DNA from: Myxococcales bacterium
GTDB taxonomy: Bacteria > Desulfobacterota > Binatia > HRBIN30
Direction: 5' to 3'
DNA: 64,000 bases
NCBI GenBank assembly: GCA_037445065.1
Contig: JBBILD010000008.1
Location: 32,001-96,000, forward strand
Shown piece after piece: positions 10,218 through 18,716 of this stretch. The position numbers and the translations under genes were made by a program. The notes beneath the pieces are model-generated. The model had not been told where the DNA came from, did not search any database, and saw nothing but the letters and a program-made list of their open reading frames with translations. Numbering within the stretch: position 1 is the stretch's first letter; every line of letters begins with the position of its first letter.

Positions 10218-12041
10218 ATGGCACAACTAGAGGAAGCAGGGCTTCTGCAAGGACTCGGTTCGTGGCGCCGCTCGCATATGTGCGGGACACTACGGGCTAG
10301 CGAGGCCGGGCAAGAATTGGTGTTGATGGGTTGGGTAGACTCTCGGCGCGATCATGGCGGCCTGATTTTCGTAGACTTGCGTGACCGCACTGGGGTCATC
10401 CAAGTGGTGTTCGACCCGCGCCGCGGCCCGCAAGCGTTTCCCATTGCGGAGCGCTTGCGCAGCGAAGCCGTGCTCGCGGTGCGCGGTCGGCTCGAGCGGC
10501 GGAGTGCGGAAACCGTGAACCCTCAGATTCCGACCGGCGAGGTCGAACTGGTGGCCAGCGAGGCTCGTCTTCTGAATTCCTCGCGCCCCCTCCCCTTCGC
10601 TCTCGATGCAGCAGGGGAGGTCGCGGAAGCTACGCGCCTCAAATACCGGTACCTGGATTTGCGCCGGAAAGAAGTGCAAGAGCGGTTTGTACTGCGTCAC
10701 CGACTCGCTAAGGCAGTGCGCGACTACCTCGACCGGCAAGGCTTCTTCGAACTCGAGACGCCATTTCTCACGCGCAGCACGCCTGAGGGTGCACGGGACT
10801 ACCTGGTACCGAGCCGGGTAAACCCGGGCAAGTTTTATGCGCTGCCTCAGTCGCCCCAGCTCTTCAAACAGTTGTTCATGGTTTCCGGCTTCGACCGGTA
10901 TTTCCAAATCGTGCGCTGTTTCCGTGACGAAGATCTACGAGCTGACCGGCAACCGGAGTTTACACAGATCGACTTGGAGATGTCCTTCGTCGGGCCTGAG
11001 GACGTCATGGCGGTTACCGAGGGCATCCTGCGCGCCGCATGCGCGGTGTGCGGCATCGAGTGGAAGGAGCCGGTGCGGCGCATGAGCTACCAAGAGACAA
11101 TGGATCGCTACGGGACGGACCGGCCGGACCTGCGCTTTGGACTCGAGCTGACGGACGTTTCCTCAGCGCTCCGCAACTGCGAGTTCAAGGTGTTCCGCGA
11201 GGCTTTGGAGCGCGGCGGAATTGTCAAACTCTTGCGCCTAGAACAAGGCGACCGGCTCTCCCGCAAAGACTTGGATAACCTTCCCGCGCTGGTCGCGCCG
11301 TTCGGGGCAAAGGGCGTGGCCTGGGTGCGCCTGCAGGCCGACGGCTGGCAGTCGCCGATTGCGAAGTTCCTCAAGCCGGAAGAGCGCTCTGCGATCGAAA
11401 CGGCATGTGGAGCCAAGCTCGGAGACCTGCTGCTGTTCGTTGCGGATCGTCCGAAGGTCGTGAACGATTCGCTTTCGTATTTGCGCCTCCACTTAGCGAA
11501 CCAACTGCAGATGATCCCCTCGGATCGGTGGGAATTTGTGTGGATCACAGATTTCCCGCTGGTGGAGTGGGACGAAGAAGAGAAGCGCTACGTTGCGGTT
11601 CACCACCCCTTTACCTCGCCGCGCGAAGAGGATTGGGACCGCCTCGAGACCAGCCCGGCTGAGGTGAGAGCCTTGGCTTACGATATTGTCTTGAACGGCA
11701 CCGAGCTGGGAGGGGGAAGCATCCGGATCCATCGCCCAGATCTTCAGTCTCGGGTGTTTCAGCTATTAGGCATCAGCGAAGCCGAGGCCAGACAAAAGTT
11801 TGGCTTCCTGTTAGATGCCTTGGCGTTTGGCGCTCCTCCCCATGGCGGGATCGCATTGGGCTTCGACCGGATCGTGATGCTGCTCAGCGGTGCGGCTTCA
11901 TTGCGCGATGTGATTGCCTTTCCTAAGACGCAGAAGGCTGTATGCTTGCTCACTGACGCACCCAGCGAGGTTGAGCCAAAGCAATTGCGGGAACTGGGGC
12001 TGAGGTTGAGTCTGGCCCGCCCTGGGGAAGCGCAAAAATGA
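10218..12041 (+). CDS. aspS: Aspartate--tRNA ligase (probably non-discriminating)
   Basis: RRDHGGLIFVDLRD, ALPQSPQLFKQ, CFRDEDLRADRQPEFTQ, HHPFT, PPHGGIALGFDR. His in RDHGG is typical of non-discriminating AspRS. Confidence 0.97.
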   Translation: MAQLEEAGLLQGLGSWRRSHMCGTLRASEAGQELVLMGWVDSRRDHGGLIFVDLRDRTGVIQVVFDPRRGPQAFPIAERLRSEAVLAVRGRLERRSAETVNPQIPTGEVELVASEARLLNSSRPLPFALDAAGEVAEATRLKYRYLDLRRKEVQERFVLRHRLAKAVRDYLDRQGFFELETPFLTRSTPEGARDYLVPSRVNPGKFYALPQSPQLFKQLFMVSGFDRYFQIVRCFRDEDLRADRQPEFTQIDLEMSFVGPEDVMAVTEGILRAACAVCGIEWKEPVRRMSYQETMDRYGTDRPDLRFGLELTDVSSALRNCEFKVFREALERGGIVKLLRLEQGDRLSRKDLDNLPALVAPFGAKGVAWVRLQADGWQSPIAKFLKPEERSAIETACGAKLGDLLLFVADRPKVVNDSLSYLRLHLANQLQMIPSDRWEFVWITDFPLVEWDEEEKRYVAVHHPFTSPREEDWDRLETSPAEVRALAYDIVLNGTELGGGSIRIHRPDLQSRVFQLLGISEAEARQKFGFLLDALAFGAPPHGGIALGFDRIVMLLSGAASLRDVIAFPKTQKAVCLLTDAPSEVEPKQLRELGLRLSLARPGEAQK

Positions 12042-12673
12042 TCATCCGCGGCGGCCAGCTCTGCACGCTCCGCTGGCTTGCGGGTGCGATCGCGGCATGT
12101 GCGATCTCGAGTTGCGGATGGCTGTATCGTATGCCTCCTCTCGACGAACCGGTGGAGACGCTGGCGGTCCTGCCTCTGGAACGCGAGCCTGCTTTGGCCG
12201 GAAAAGAGAAAAGTGTTCCTCCCGGTGCGGAGCGAATCGTTACGGCCCAGATTTACGGCGTCTTGGCGGAGTCGCCTCATTGGCGGTTCGTCCCCGACGT
12301 AACGGTGGAGCAAGCCTTGGCGCGCATCCCCCCGGGTCTACATGGTAAAGAACGGGCACGGGAGCTAGGCCGTGCCGTCAAGGCTGACGCCGTTTTGTAT
12401 GGTCGCGTGGAGCGGTACGTGGAGCGTACAGGGGGAGAGTATGGGGCGGCCAAGCCTGCTTCTGTGGCGTTCGAGCTGGCGCTGGTTTCCGTGGCGAGTG
12501 GAAAGGAGTTGTGGCGGCGGCGCTTTGCTCAAACGCAACAGCCGCTGACTTCCAACTTGCTGAACTTCTGGATGTTTTGGCGCGCGGGCCCACGCTGGTT
12601 CTCGGCCCAGGAACTGGCTCGGCTCGGGGTGGAGCGTTTGCTCGAGGACTTGCGGCGTCGCACTCCGGGTTGA
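12038..12673 (+). CDS. Putative lipoprotein (CsgG/LpoB/DUF799-like fold)
   Basis: Lipobox ISSC; LAVLPL...ARELGRAVKADAVLYGRVERY...ALVSVASGKELW pattern. Overlaps the aspS stop (ATGA). Confidence 0.65.
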   Translation: MIIRGGQLCTLRWLAGAIAACAISSCGWLYRMPPLDEPVETLAVLPLEREPALAGKEKSVPPGAERIVTAQIYGVLAESPHWRFVPDVTVEQALARIPPGLHGKERARELGRAVKADAVLYGRVERYVERTGGEYGAAKPASVAFELALVSVASGKELWRRRFAQTQQPLTSNLLNFWMFWRAGPRWFSAQELARLGVERLLEDLRRRTPG

Positions 12674-12775
12674 GGGCCGTGCGGGTTTTTGGGGCGGGAT
12701 GGGGCCTGCCACGTTCGGTGCGAAGGCGGTCTCTTGGCCTGGTGGCCCCGAGCAGGATCGGTTAACCGGACCTGC

Positions 12776-13324
12776 ATGGCGATCCTGAAAGTCGCCCGAT
12801 TGGGGCATCCGATCCTCCGTAAGGTTGCAGCACCAGTCTCACCGGAAGCGATTTTGTCCCCGGAGGTCCAACAACTGATCGATGACATGATCGAGACCAT
12901 GCGCGAGTACGATGGGGCTGGCTTGGCGGCCCCACAGGTACATGTCAGCAAGCAAATCACCGTGTACGAAGTCGCAGAAAATTTGCGCTACCCCGAGGCA
13001 GACGCCATCCCGCTGACCGTGTTGATCAACCCGCGGCTGACTCCCCTCACGGAAGAAATGGCAGAGGACTGGGAGGGTTGCCTCAGCGTTCCCGACTTGC
13101 GCGGGCGGGTGCCCCGCTACACACGGGTGCGCGTCGAAGCCTACGATCGCCGTGGCAAGAAACTGCAGTACGTGGCCGAGGGATTCCACGCTCGTGTCGT
13201 TCAACACGAGACGGATCACTTGCACGGTAAGGTTTACCTCGATCGGATGCGTTCGCTCGAGTCCCTTTCGTTCTTGCGCGAGTTCGTTCGTTACCATGCG
13301 GGCGGGGTGATCCGCGAAGATTGA
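12776..13324 (+). CDS. def: Peptide deformylase
   Basis: GAGLAAPQV, EGCLS and QHETDHLHG motifs. Confidence 0.96.
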   Translation: MAILKVARLGHPILRKVAAPVSPEAILSPEVQQLIDDMIETMREYDGAGLAAPQVHVSKQITVYEVAENLRYPEADAIPLTVLINPRLTPLTEEMAEDWEGCLSVPDLRGRVPRYTRVRVEAYDRRGKKLQYVAEGFHARVVQHETDHLHGKVYLDRMRSLESLSFLREFVRYHAGGVIRED

Positions 13325-13653
13325 GCCGAGGGCGGTGGCGCCGGCAGGCGTGTGCGCGGAGAATCGCTGGCTGGCGTACCGTAGGTGCCTCCGCATGGAA
13401 GCGCTGGTCGCTTACCTGCGACTCAAGGTGCGACGGGCGTGCCCGCAACTCGCAATGCCCGGCACGCATCCGCTATGCGGTTTGACAAAAAGCGGCGGCT
13501 TGTGGGGCCAGAGCAGCGGCCCGGCTGAAGTTGTCGAGGGAGTACGGGCGCGACCGGCGGAGACTGTCGCACGAAAGCTCGGTCCGCCCGGTTGATGACG
13601 AGTTGGCTGCGAAGATCGTTGGCAGCATTGTTTGCGAGACGAAAAGTTTCGTG

Positions 13654-13669
13654 TGGCGAAGAACTTGCT
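13654..13669 (+). promoter_or_regulatory. Putative sigma54 (-24/-12) promoter for the pilin cluster
   Basis: TGGCGAAGAACTTGCT has the exact GG-N10-GC spacing, about 30 nt before the likely GTG start at 13699. Confidence 0.5.
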
Positions 13670-13698
13670 TGCCCACTGCGCAACGGACTGCGGCCACG

Positions 13699-14202
13699 GT
13701 GTTTCGGATTTCTCTCGGAAAGTGGGGACGAAACACGGGCGGCTTGCAATGCGGCTACACGCTGGTGGAGCTGGTCACGGCGCTGGCTGTGGTGGCGGTA
13801 GTTGCGGCGGTCGGGTATCCGCAACTTTCGGCGTACAATTCGCAGTACCGCCTAATGGCTGCGGCAAACCAGGTTGCGTTCGACCTCAGCCGAGCGCGCA
13901 TGAAGGCAATCGGCGAGAATGTTTACACGCAGGCCAGCTTCGGGACGGCGGTGTCTAGCCAGTTTGGTTACGGGGCGGGTTACGAGATTCGCAAGAGTAG
14001 CGACGGGCTGACCTATACATCGGAAGCGAGTCGGGCAGGGCAGCCCCTGCCAAGCGACGTGGTGTTGTATGCATTCCCGTCCCAGGTGACCTTCAATCGC
14101 CAGGGGATGGCCAGTGCCCCGGTCACGCTTTGGCTGAGAAACAGCCTGTACCAATGGAGATTGGTCACCATGAACTCTGTGGGGCGGGTAAGGGTGCAGT
14201 GA
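13699..14202 (+). CDS. Minor pilin / pseudopilin, FimT/GspH-like
   Basis: Prepilin site G|YTLVELVTALAVVAVVAAVGYP; DLSRARMKAI; VTFNRQG; SVGRVR C-terminus. Start uncertain. Confidence 0.85.
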   Translation: MFRISLGKWGRNTGGLQCGYTLVELVTALAVVAVVAAVGYPQLSAYNSQYRLMAAANQVAFDLSRARMKAIGENVYTQASFGTAVSSQFGYGAGYEIRKSSDGLTYTSEASRAGQPLPSDVVLYAFPSQVTFNRQGMASAPVTLWLRNSLYQWRLVTMNSVGRVRVQ

Positions 14203-14618
14203 AGCGGCTTTCTGACCACAAAGGCGCGAGCACCATCGAAACGCTGGTGGCTTTGGGCCTCTTTGCCATCGTGGGGGCGGGCCTCGCCACCGCAGGAATT
14301 ACCAGCACGTTGCAGACGGCGCGGAGCAAGATTGCAACGGCGGCCGCGGCGCTAGTGGAAGACCAGGTGGAGCAGCTCCGCGCCTTGGATTCGGCGACCA
14401 AGCCGTGGCAGTTGCAACCTGGGACGTACAACGATCCGAATAATCCCATCACTGCGGCCGGCATAGCGAATGGAAAATGTTACCGAAGCTGGTCGGTTAC
14501 GGCCAACACACCTTCGCTCGGTCTGGCTCGCGTACAGGTCACCGTGCGCTTCGATGGCCCGCTGGCTTACAGGGCAGAGGGGGTAACGTACGTATGCACC
14601 ACCGTGACGTGCAGTTAG
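14199..14618 (+). CDS. Minor pilin, PilV-like
   Basis: GTG overlapping the previous TGA; KG|ASTIETLVALGLFAIV; ATAAAALVEDQVEQLR; YRSWSV...RVQVTVRF. Confidence 0.75.
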   Translation: MKRLSDHKGASTIETLVALGLFAIVGAGLATAGITSTLQTARSKIATAAAALVEDQVEQLRALDSATKPWQLQPGTYNDPNNPITAAGIANGKCYRSWSVTANTPSLGLARVQVTVRFDGPLAYRAEGVTYVCTTVTCS

Positions 14619-15262
14619 TCCGGCACTCCCGGTCAGTAGTGTGCGGCCAGCGCGGATCGTCCCTCGTGGACATGCTGGTGGGAACCGCCTTAGGGCTAGT
14701 CACCCTGGCAACTGTACTTGGCTTCTACCGCTTTCAGTTGTTCGCCCTCCGGAACCAAAGTGCCTCGATAGAGGTGCAGACGGCAGCACGCAGCATTGTG
14801 AACTTGATGGTCGGAGAGATTCGTCGGGCTGCCGCGGATCCCACTTGTGCGAAGAGTTTCGAAGGAATCGCGGAGGCCTTTCGCAACCGTCTGCGCATCC
14901 GCAGCGATTTGAATGCGAGCGGCGCAATTGATGCCGCAGGTGAGGATGTGCTGTACAGTTTCGACTCTGCCTCCGGGCGGCTGACGCGCACGGCGGGAGG
15001 CGTCACGGAGGATTTGTCCGACGCGAACTTTCTCGCGAGCGACGTTCGGTTTCAATACTACGACGGGAATGGAACCGAACTCGTACCGGGTACGAACGGC
15101 CTGACGCAGACCCAACGCGCGTCCGTACGGAGGGTGCGTTTGTCGCTGACACTACAGCGGCGATCCATGGACCCCCGGAGCCAACAGCTTTTGACGGCAA
15201 CGGTCTCCTCTGCCGCCGACCTGCGCAATCGCTTTCTAGTGTCCGTGGTGACTTGCAGTTGA
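14609..15262 (+). CDS. Minor pilin, PilW/GspJ-like
   Basis: RG|SSLVDMLVGTALGLVTL; EVQTAARSIVNLMVGEIRRA; FQYYDGNG; VRRVRLSL; ADLRN. Start uncertain (14594 or 14609). Confidence 0.75.
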   Translation: MQLVRHSRSVVCGQRGSSLVDMLVGTALGLVTLATVLGFYRFQLFALRNQSASIEVQTAARSIVNLMVGEIRRAAADPTCAKSFEGIAEAFRNRLRIRSDLNASGAIDAAGEDVLYSFDSASGRLTRTAGGVTEDLSDANFLASDVRFQYYDGNGTELVPGTNGLTQTQRASVRRVRLSLTLQRRSMDPRSQQLLTATVSSAADLRNRFLVSVVTCS

Positions 15263-15270
15263 GGAATTCC

Positions 15271-16423
15271 ATGGAAAACACGTTACGCGGCAACCGCGGC
15301 TTTGCCTTGGCCAGTACGTTGATGCTGCTTTTGCTCCTGATCACCATGGGGGCAGCGGCGGGCCTGTACACGACGCTCGAACTCAAGTCGACCAACCATT
15401 ACAACACCGGAAACCAAGCACTGTACGCTGCCGAGGCCGGTGCACTGCGTGCCCTCAACGTGATGAATCAATCTGGGGTGACGCACTTTGCCAACGACGT
15501 GGTCAATCGGTGGAACACGTTGTTCACCCCGAATCCGCAAGAGGTGTTCGGTTTTCCGCAGTTCACGTTTAGTTCGGCAGTGGCGGCAGATCCCACCAAT
15601 CCTGGCGACCGCGGCTGGATTACTGCCACGGGTTGGGCCCCGTATCAGGCGCGCCGCATCGTGCGCATCGGGGTGCGCCGGGGCCCGATCGGGCGAGGGA
15701 TCGGGGCGATTTATCTGGCCGCCGACACCGTTGCGCCGAGTTTTTCAGGCAATGCCTTCGAGATCGATGGAAACGATCATGACGCTTACGGCCGGCTCAC
15801 GGGAGGCCCGGTCGCCCCCGGCATCGCCACTCGCAATGACAGCGTGACCAACGCGGTAAAGAACGCCCTGAATGCCCAGCAGAAAGACAACGTAAAAGGG
15901 GCCGAGTTTTCGTTGAACCCGCTGAATCCGAGTGTGGTGAGTTGGGAGGGCCGAGCGCGAGCGACTTGAGCCGGATCGTGAATTCGATTTTGGCTGATCC
16001 GAGGGTGGTTCGTTACAACGACAGCCGAATCAATGGCAACGTAACCTTCGGCACCCTACAGAATCCGCAGATTACCTACCTGACCTCTTCAGATGTGACC
16101 ATCCACGCGAATGGCAACGCGTCCGGGGTGGGGATCTTGGTGGTGAACGGTTCGCTGACGATCAACGGTAACCTGAATTTCGTGGGCTGGATCATCGTGC
16201 AAGGGAGTACAACGATCAGCGGGCCGGCGAGCGACGACGAGACCACGCTGCTGGGAAATGCCACCATCATGGGCTCGCTTTGGACGTCGCACATGAACAT
16301 CCGTGTCGGCGGCAGCGCCATCGCCGACTTTTGCGAAAGCTGCATCAACATGATCGTGCCGCCCGGCGGCGGCGGGTACATGCCAAAAGCGATGATCGTG
16401 ACTTCATGGCAGGAGGTTTGTGA
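15271..16423 (+). pseudogene. PilX-like minor pilin with a large Gly/Asn-rich C-terminal domain; frameshifted twice (probably sequencing errors)
   Basis: RG|FALASTLMLLLLL and QALYAAEAG (PilX N-terminus) in 15271-15969; coding continues in the 15942 frame (GGPSASDL...GVGILVVNGSLTINGNLNFVGWIIVQG...VTSWQEV). One extra G at 15944-46 and one extra T at 16417-19 would give a single 384-aa ORF ending at TGA 16421-23. Confidence 0.75.
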
Positions 16424-16689
16424 AGATCCGTGGCTTCGGCCTTGCACTGCTCCTGATGGCTTGTCTCGTGTCCCCCACGGCTTTGCGAGCACAAGAGGTG
16501 CTCGAGCAGCCTGTCGATCCGCGAGACACGCTGCGAGAGCTGGACGACCAGGTGTTGCAAAAGCAAAAGGCACTCTTTGCAGCTCGCCTGCGCGGCGACC
16601 CAGAAGAGATTCGGCGCGCGGAAGAAGAATTCGCCGACATTCAAAAAAAGCGCAGCGCGACCGTTCGAACCATCGAACGGCTGCGCTAA
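16420..16689 (+). CDS. Small secreted helical protein
   Basis: AGGAGG RBS at 16411, GTG start, Sec-type signal (…TALRA|QEV), charged coiled-coil-like mature part. Confidence 0.7.
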   Translation: MKIRGFGLALLLMACLVSPTALRAQEVLEQPVDPRDTLRELDDQVLQKQKALFAARLRGDPEEIRRAEEEFADIQKKRSATVRTIERLR

Positions 16690-16767
16690 AGGCGGGACTT
16701 AGTGGACCAGAGGGTGCGCTCCCGCGAACACGCAGAATTCTCGCCAGCGGTTTGTTAGTTTGCCAGG

Positions 16768-18126
16768 GTGAGTGCTCGGAACAGGAATCTCGCAACGGTT
16801 GCGTACGCACTCATCGGGGGCGCACTGGCCTGGGTGGTGGTCCTTTGGCTCCCGTCGGAAACCCCGGAGCAGCGGCCGACCACGCAGACAAAGCAGCCAA
16901 TACTGTGGGACCCAGAGCCATGGCCGGAGGTCCGGCTCGGCGCCCAGTCCTGGGAGCAACCCTCGCCAGCGCCTGCCCTGGACTCGGAGGCACTGAGTTG
17001 GAACAACCGAGCCGTGGAGCAAGCGGAGCGGCGAGACTTTCTGGCCGCGGTACAGAGTCTTCGATATGCACGGGCTCGCGATCCACGCTCTCCCCTGCTC
17101 AAGAAAAACCTGCAGCAAGTCCTGCTCGCCTGGGCGGCCGAGCGCGTGCGAGCGGAAGAATGGATGCAGGCGCGGGACCTCCTCGAGGAGGCGTTTGAGC
17201 TGGGCGGCGGGGCAGATGTGGCTTATCTCTTGGGCCTGGCTTGGCAGAAGACCGGCGAGAAGCAGCGGGCGCGATCGCTCTGGGAAAAAGCGATCGAGGA
17301 ATCACCGCGTGACTCTCGCTTGTTAGTGTCTCTTGCTGGAGTGTACGAGCAAGAGGGCCTGCGCGCAGAGGCCCTCGATCTGCTTTACCGCGCACAAGCA
17401 GCGGGAGCGAAGGTGGAAGGCTTACGCTCGCGCATTGAGCGCTTGGAGCGCGAGGTGGATGCTGAGTGGGAGTACGAGGCAAGCCGCAGCCCGCACTTTC
17501 GGTTCCGCTATCCGGACACGCTGCCTCCGTCTTTGCGTGGGCAGTTGGCGGATGTTTTCGAAGAAGCCCGAGTGGCGGTCGCGCGCTTCTTCGAGGTGGA
17601 GCCGCTGTCTCAAGTGGAAGTGGTGCTTTACGATGGGCCTCGCTTCGAGCACGTGACGCGGGCGCCTGGCTGGGCCGCGGGTGCGTTTAGCGGGCGTATC
17701 CAGTTGCCAGTAACCAGCGTCGAGTCGGCAGAGCCGGAAGCTCTGGCAAGGGTGGCCCGTCATGAAATGGCTCACGCTGTGCTCGCTGCCTCCTCTGCGG
17801 CCGCTGTTCCTGCTTGGGTCCACGAAGGGCTGGCCATGCACGCGGAAGATTTCACGCGAGGTGAGCGCTCGGCCTGGGCACAAGAACTCGTTGCGAACTC
17901 CGCCACAAGGCTCGGGGATTTGCCGCCCTCCTTCCTATCGTTGAGTGGGGAAGAGGCTCGCGTTGCATACGCCCTCAGTTACCGTGCCGTACAGGTCTTG
18001 CTGAACCAGCACGGCGTGCAGGAAGTACTGAAGCTTCTGAAGAACGATGGCCGGAGCTTCGAAGCGCGTTTCCGAGAGCTGACAGGCGTACAATTCACCG
18101 ACTTCAGTAACCGGCTTCGCTACTGA
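16768..18126 (+). CDS. Membrane-anchored TPR-repeat protein with a C-terminal peptidase MA-like (gluzincin) domain
   Basis: N-terminal TM helix, TPR-like helices, ARHEMAHAVL...WVHEGLAMHAE zinc motif, AYALSY. Confidence 0.8.
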   Translation: MSARNRNLATVAYALIGGALAWVVVLWLPSETPEQRPTTQTKQPILWDPEPWPEVRLGAQSWEQPSPAPALDSEALSWNNRAVEQAERRDFLAAVQSLRYARARDPRSPLLKKNLQQVLLAWAAERVRAEEWMQARDLLEEAFELGGGADVAYLLGLAWQKTGEKQRARSLWEKAIEESPRDSRLLVSLAGVYEQEGLRAEALDLLYRAQAAGAKVEGLRSRIERLEREVDAEWEYEASRSPHFRFRYPDTLPPSLRGQLADVFEEARVAVARFFEVEPLSQVEVVLYDGPRFEHVTRAPGWAAGAFSGRIQLPVTSVESAEPEALARVARHEMAHAVLAASSAAAVPAWVHEGLAMHAEDFTRGERSAWAQELVANSATRLGDLPPSFLSLSGEEARVAYALSYRAVQVLLNQHGVQEVLKLLKNDGRSFEARFRELTGVQFTDFSNRLRY

Positions 18127-18165
18127 ACGCGTCGAAAGGAAGCGCTCGAGAAGGTCAGAGGGGAG

Positions 18166-18441
18166 TTAGAGCCGCAAACGCCACAGACACTGCTCCAAGC
18201 AGGTGCGGCTTCCGGTACGGAGGGAACATTCGTCCACCCGCCGTGTTGACACCCCGCCAATCCTTCGCTCCGTGAAGGTGACCATCGCTGGCTCTTCGTC
18301 TACCGGACAAGCCACTAAAACCCGCAGACGCCGCTCGCTCGGAGGTTCCTGGTCGCGCAGGAAATAAAACGCGGCGACGAAGCCGAGGAAAACAAGCGTC
18401 ATCCCGAGACCGACCCAAATGCCGATATCTACCGACTCCAT
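18166..18441 (-). CDS. Small membrane protein with a 4-Cys soluble domain
   Basis: GAGG RBS upstream, TM helix, then CP...CSL...CLEQC. Confidence 0.65.
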   Translation of the reverse strand: MESVDIGIWVGLGMTLVFLGFVAAFYFLRDQEPPSERRLRVLVACPVDEEPAMVTFTERRIGGVSTRRVDECSLRTGSRTCLEQCLWRLRL

Positions 18442-18716
18442 ATGCTCGCCACCTCGCGTTTCGCGCTGCCCCGCCCTCCAGCACAGAGCGTGCCCCGTCC
18501 ACCTGGCGAGACCTGGGCGGCATTTCCAATTTTGATTCCATGGATTCGGAAACCTTGTGCAGTTCCTTGTTCAAGGCTGCGAAGGGAACTGGCCCTTGTC
18601 ACCGGCCCGCTCGGTGCCTGCGGCCATTCGCGGGAGGTCTCTGAACAGGCGGCGTTCAACGATAAGCCGCGGTGGACATTTCGCTGCTGGGGGGCAATAA
18701 ACGCAGTTGCGTGTGT

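Noticed and set aside
13335..13595. 86-aa ORF after def, and a possible c-di-GMP riboswitch before the pilins
   Set aside because: The ORF has no motif or clear RBS. The GAAAGCTCGGTCC...GATGAC stretch only loosely resembles GEMM riboswitches and lacks the conserved P1/GNRA architecture.
13620..13636. Second sigma54-like element TGGCAGCATTGTTTGC
   Set aside because: GG-to-GC spacing is one base too long for sigma54.
16424..17198. C-terminal 260 aa of the 15942-17198 ORF
   Set aside because: Arg/Ala/Pro-rich nonsense overlapping two better genes; results from the missed stop at 16421.
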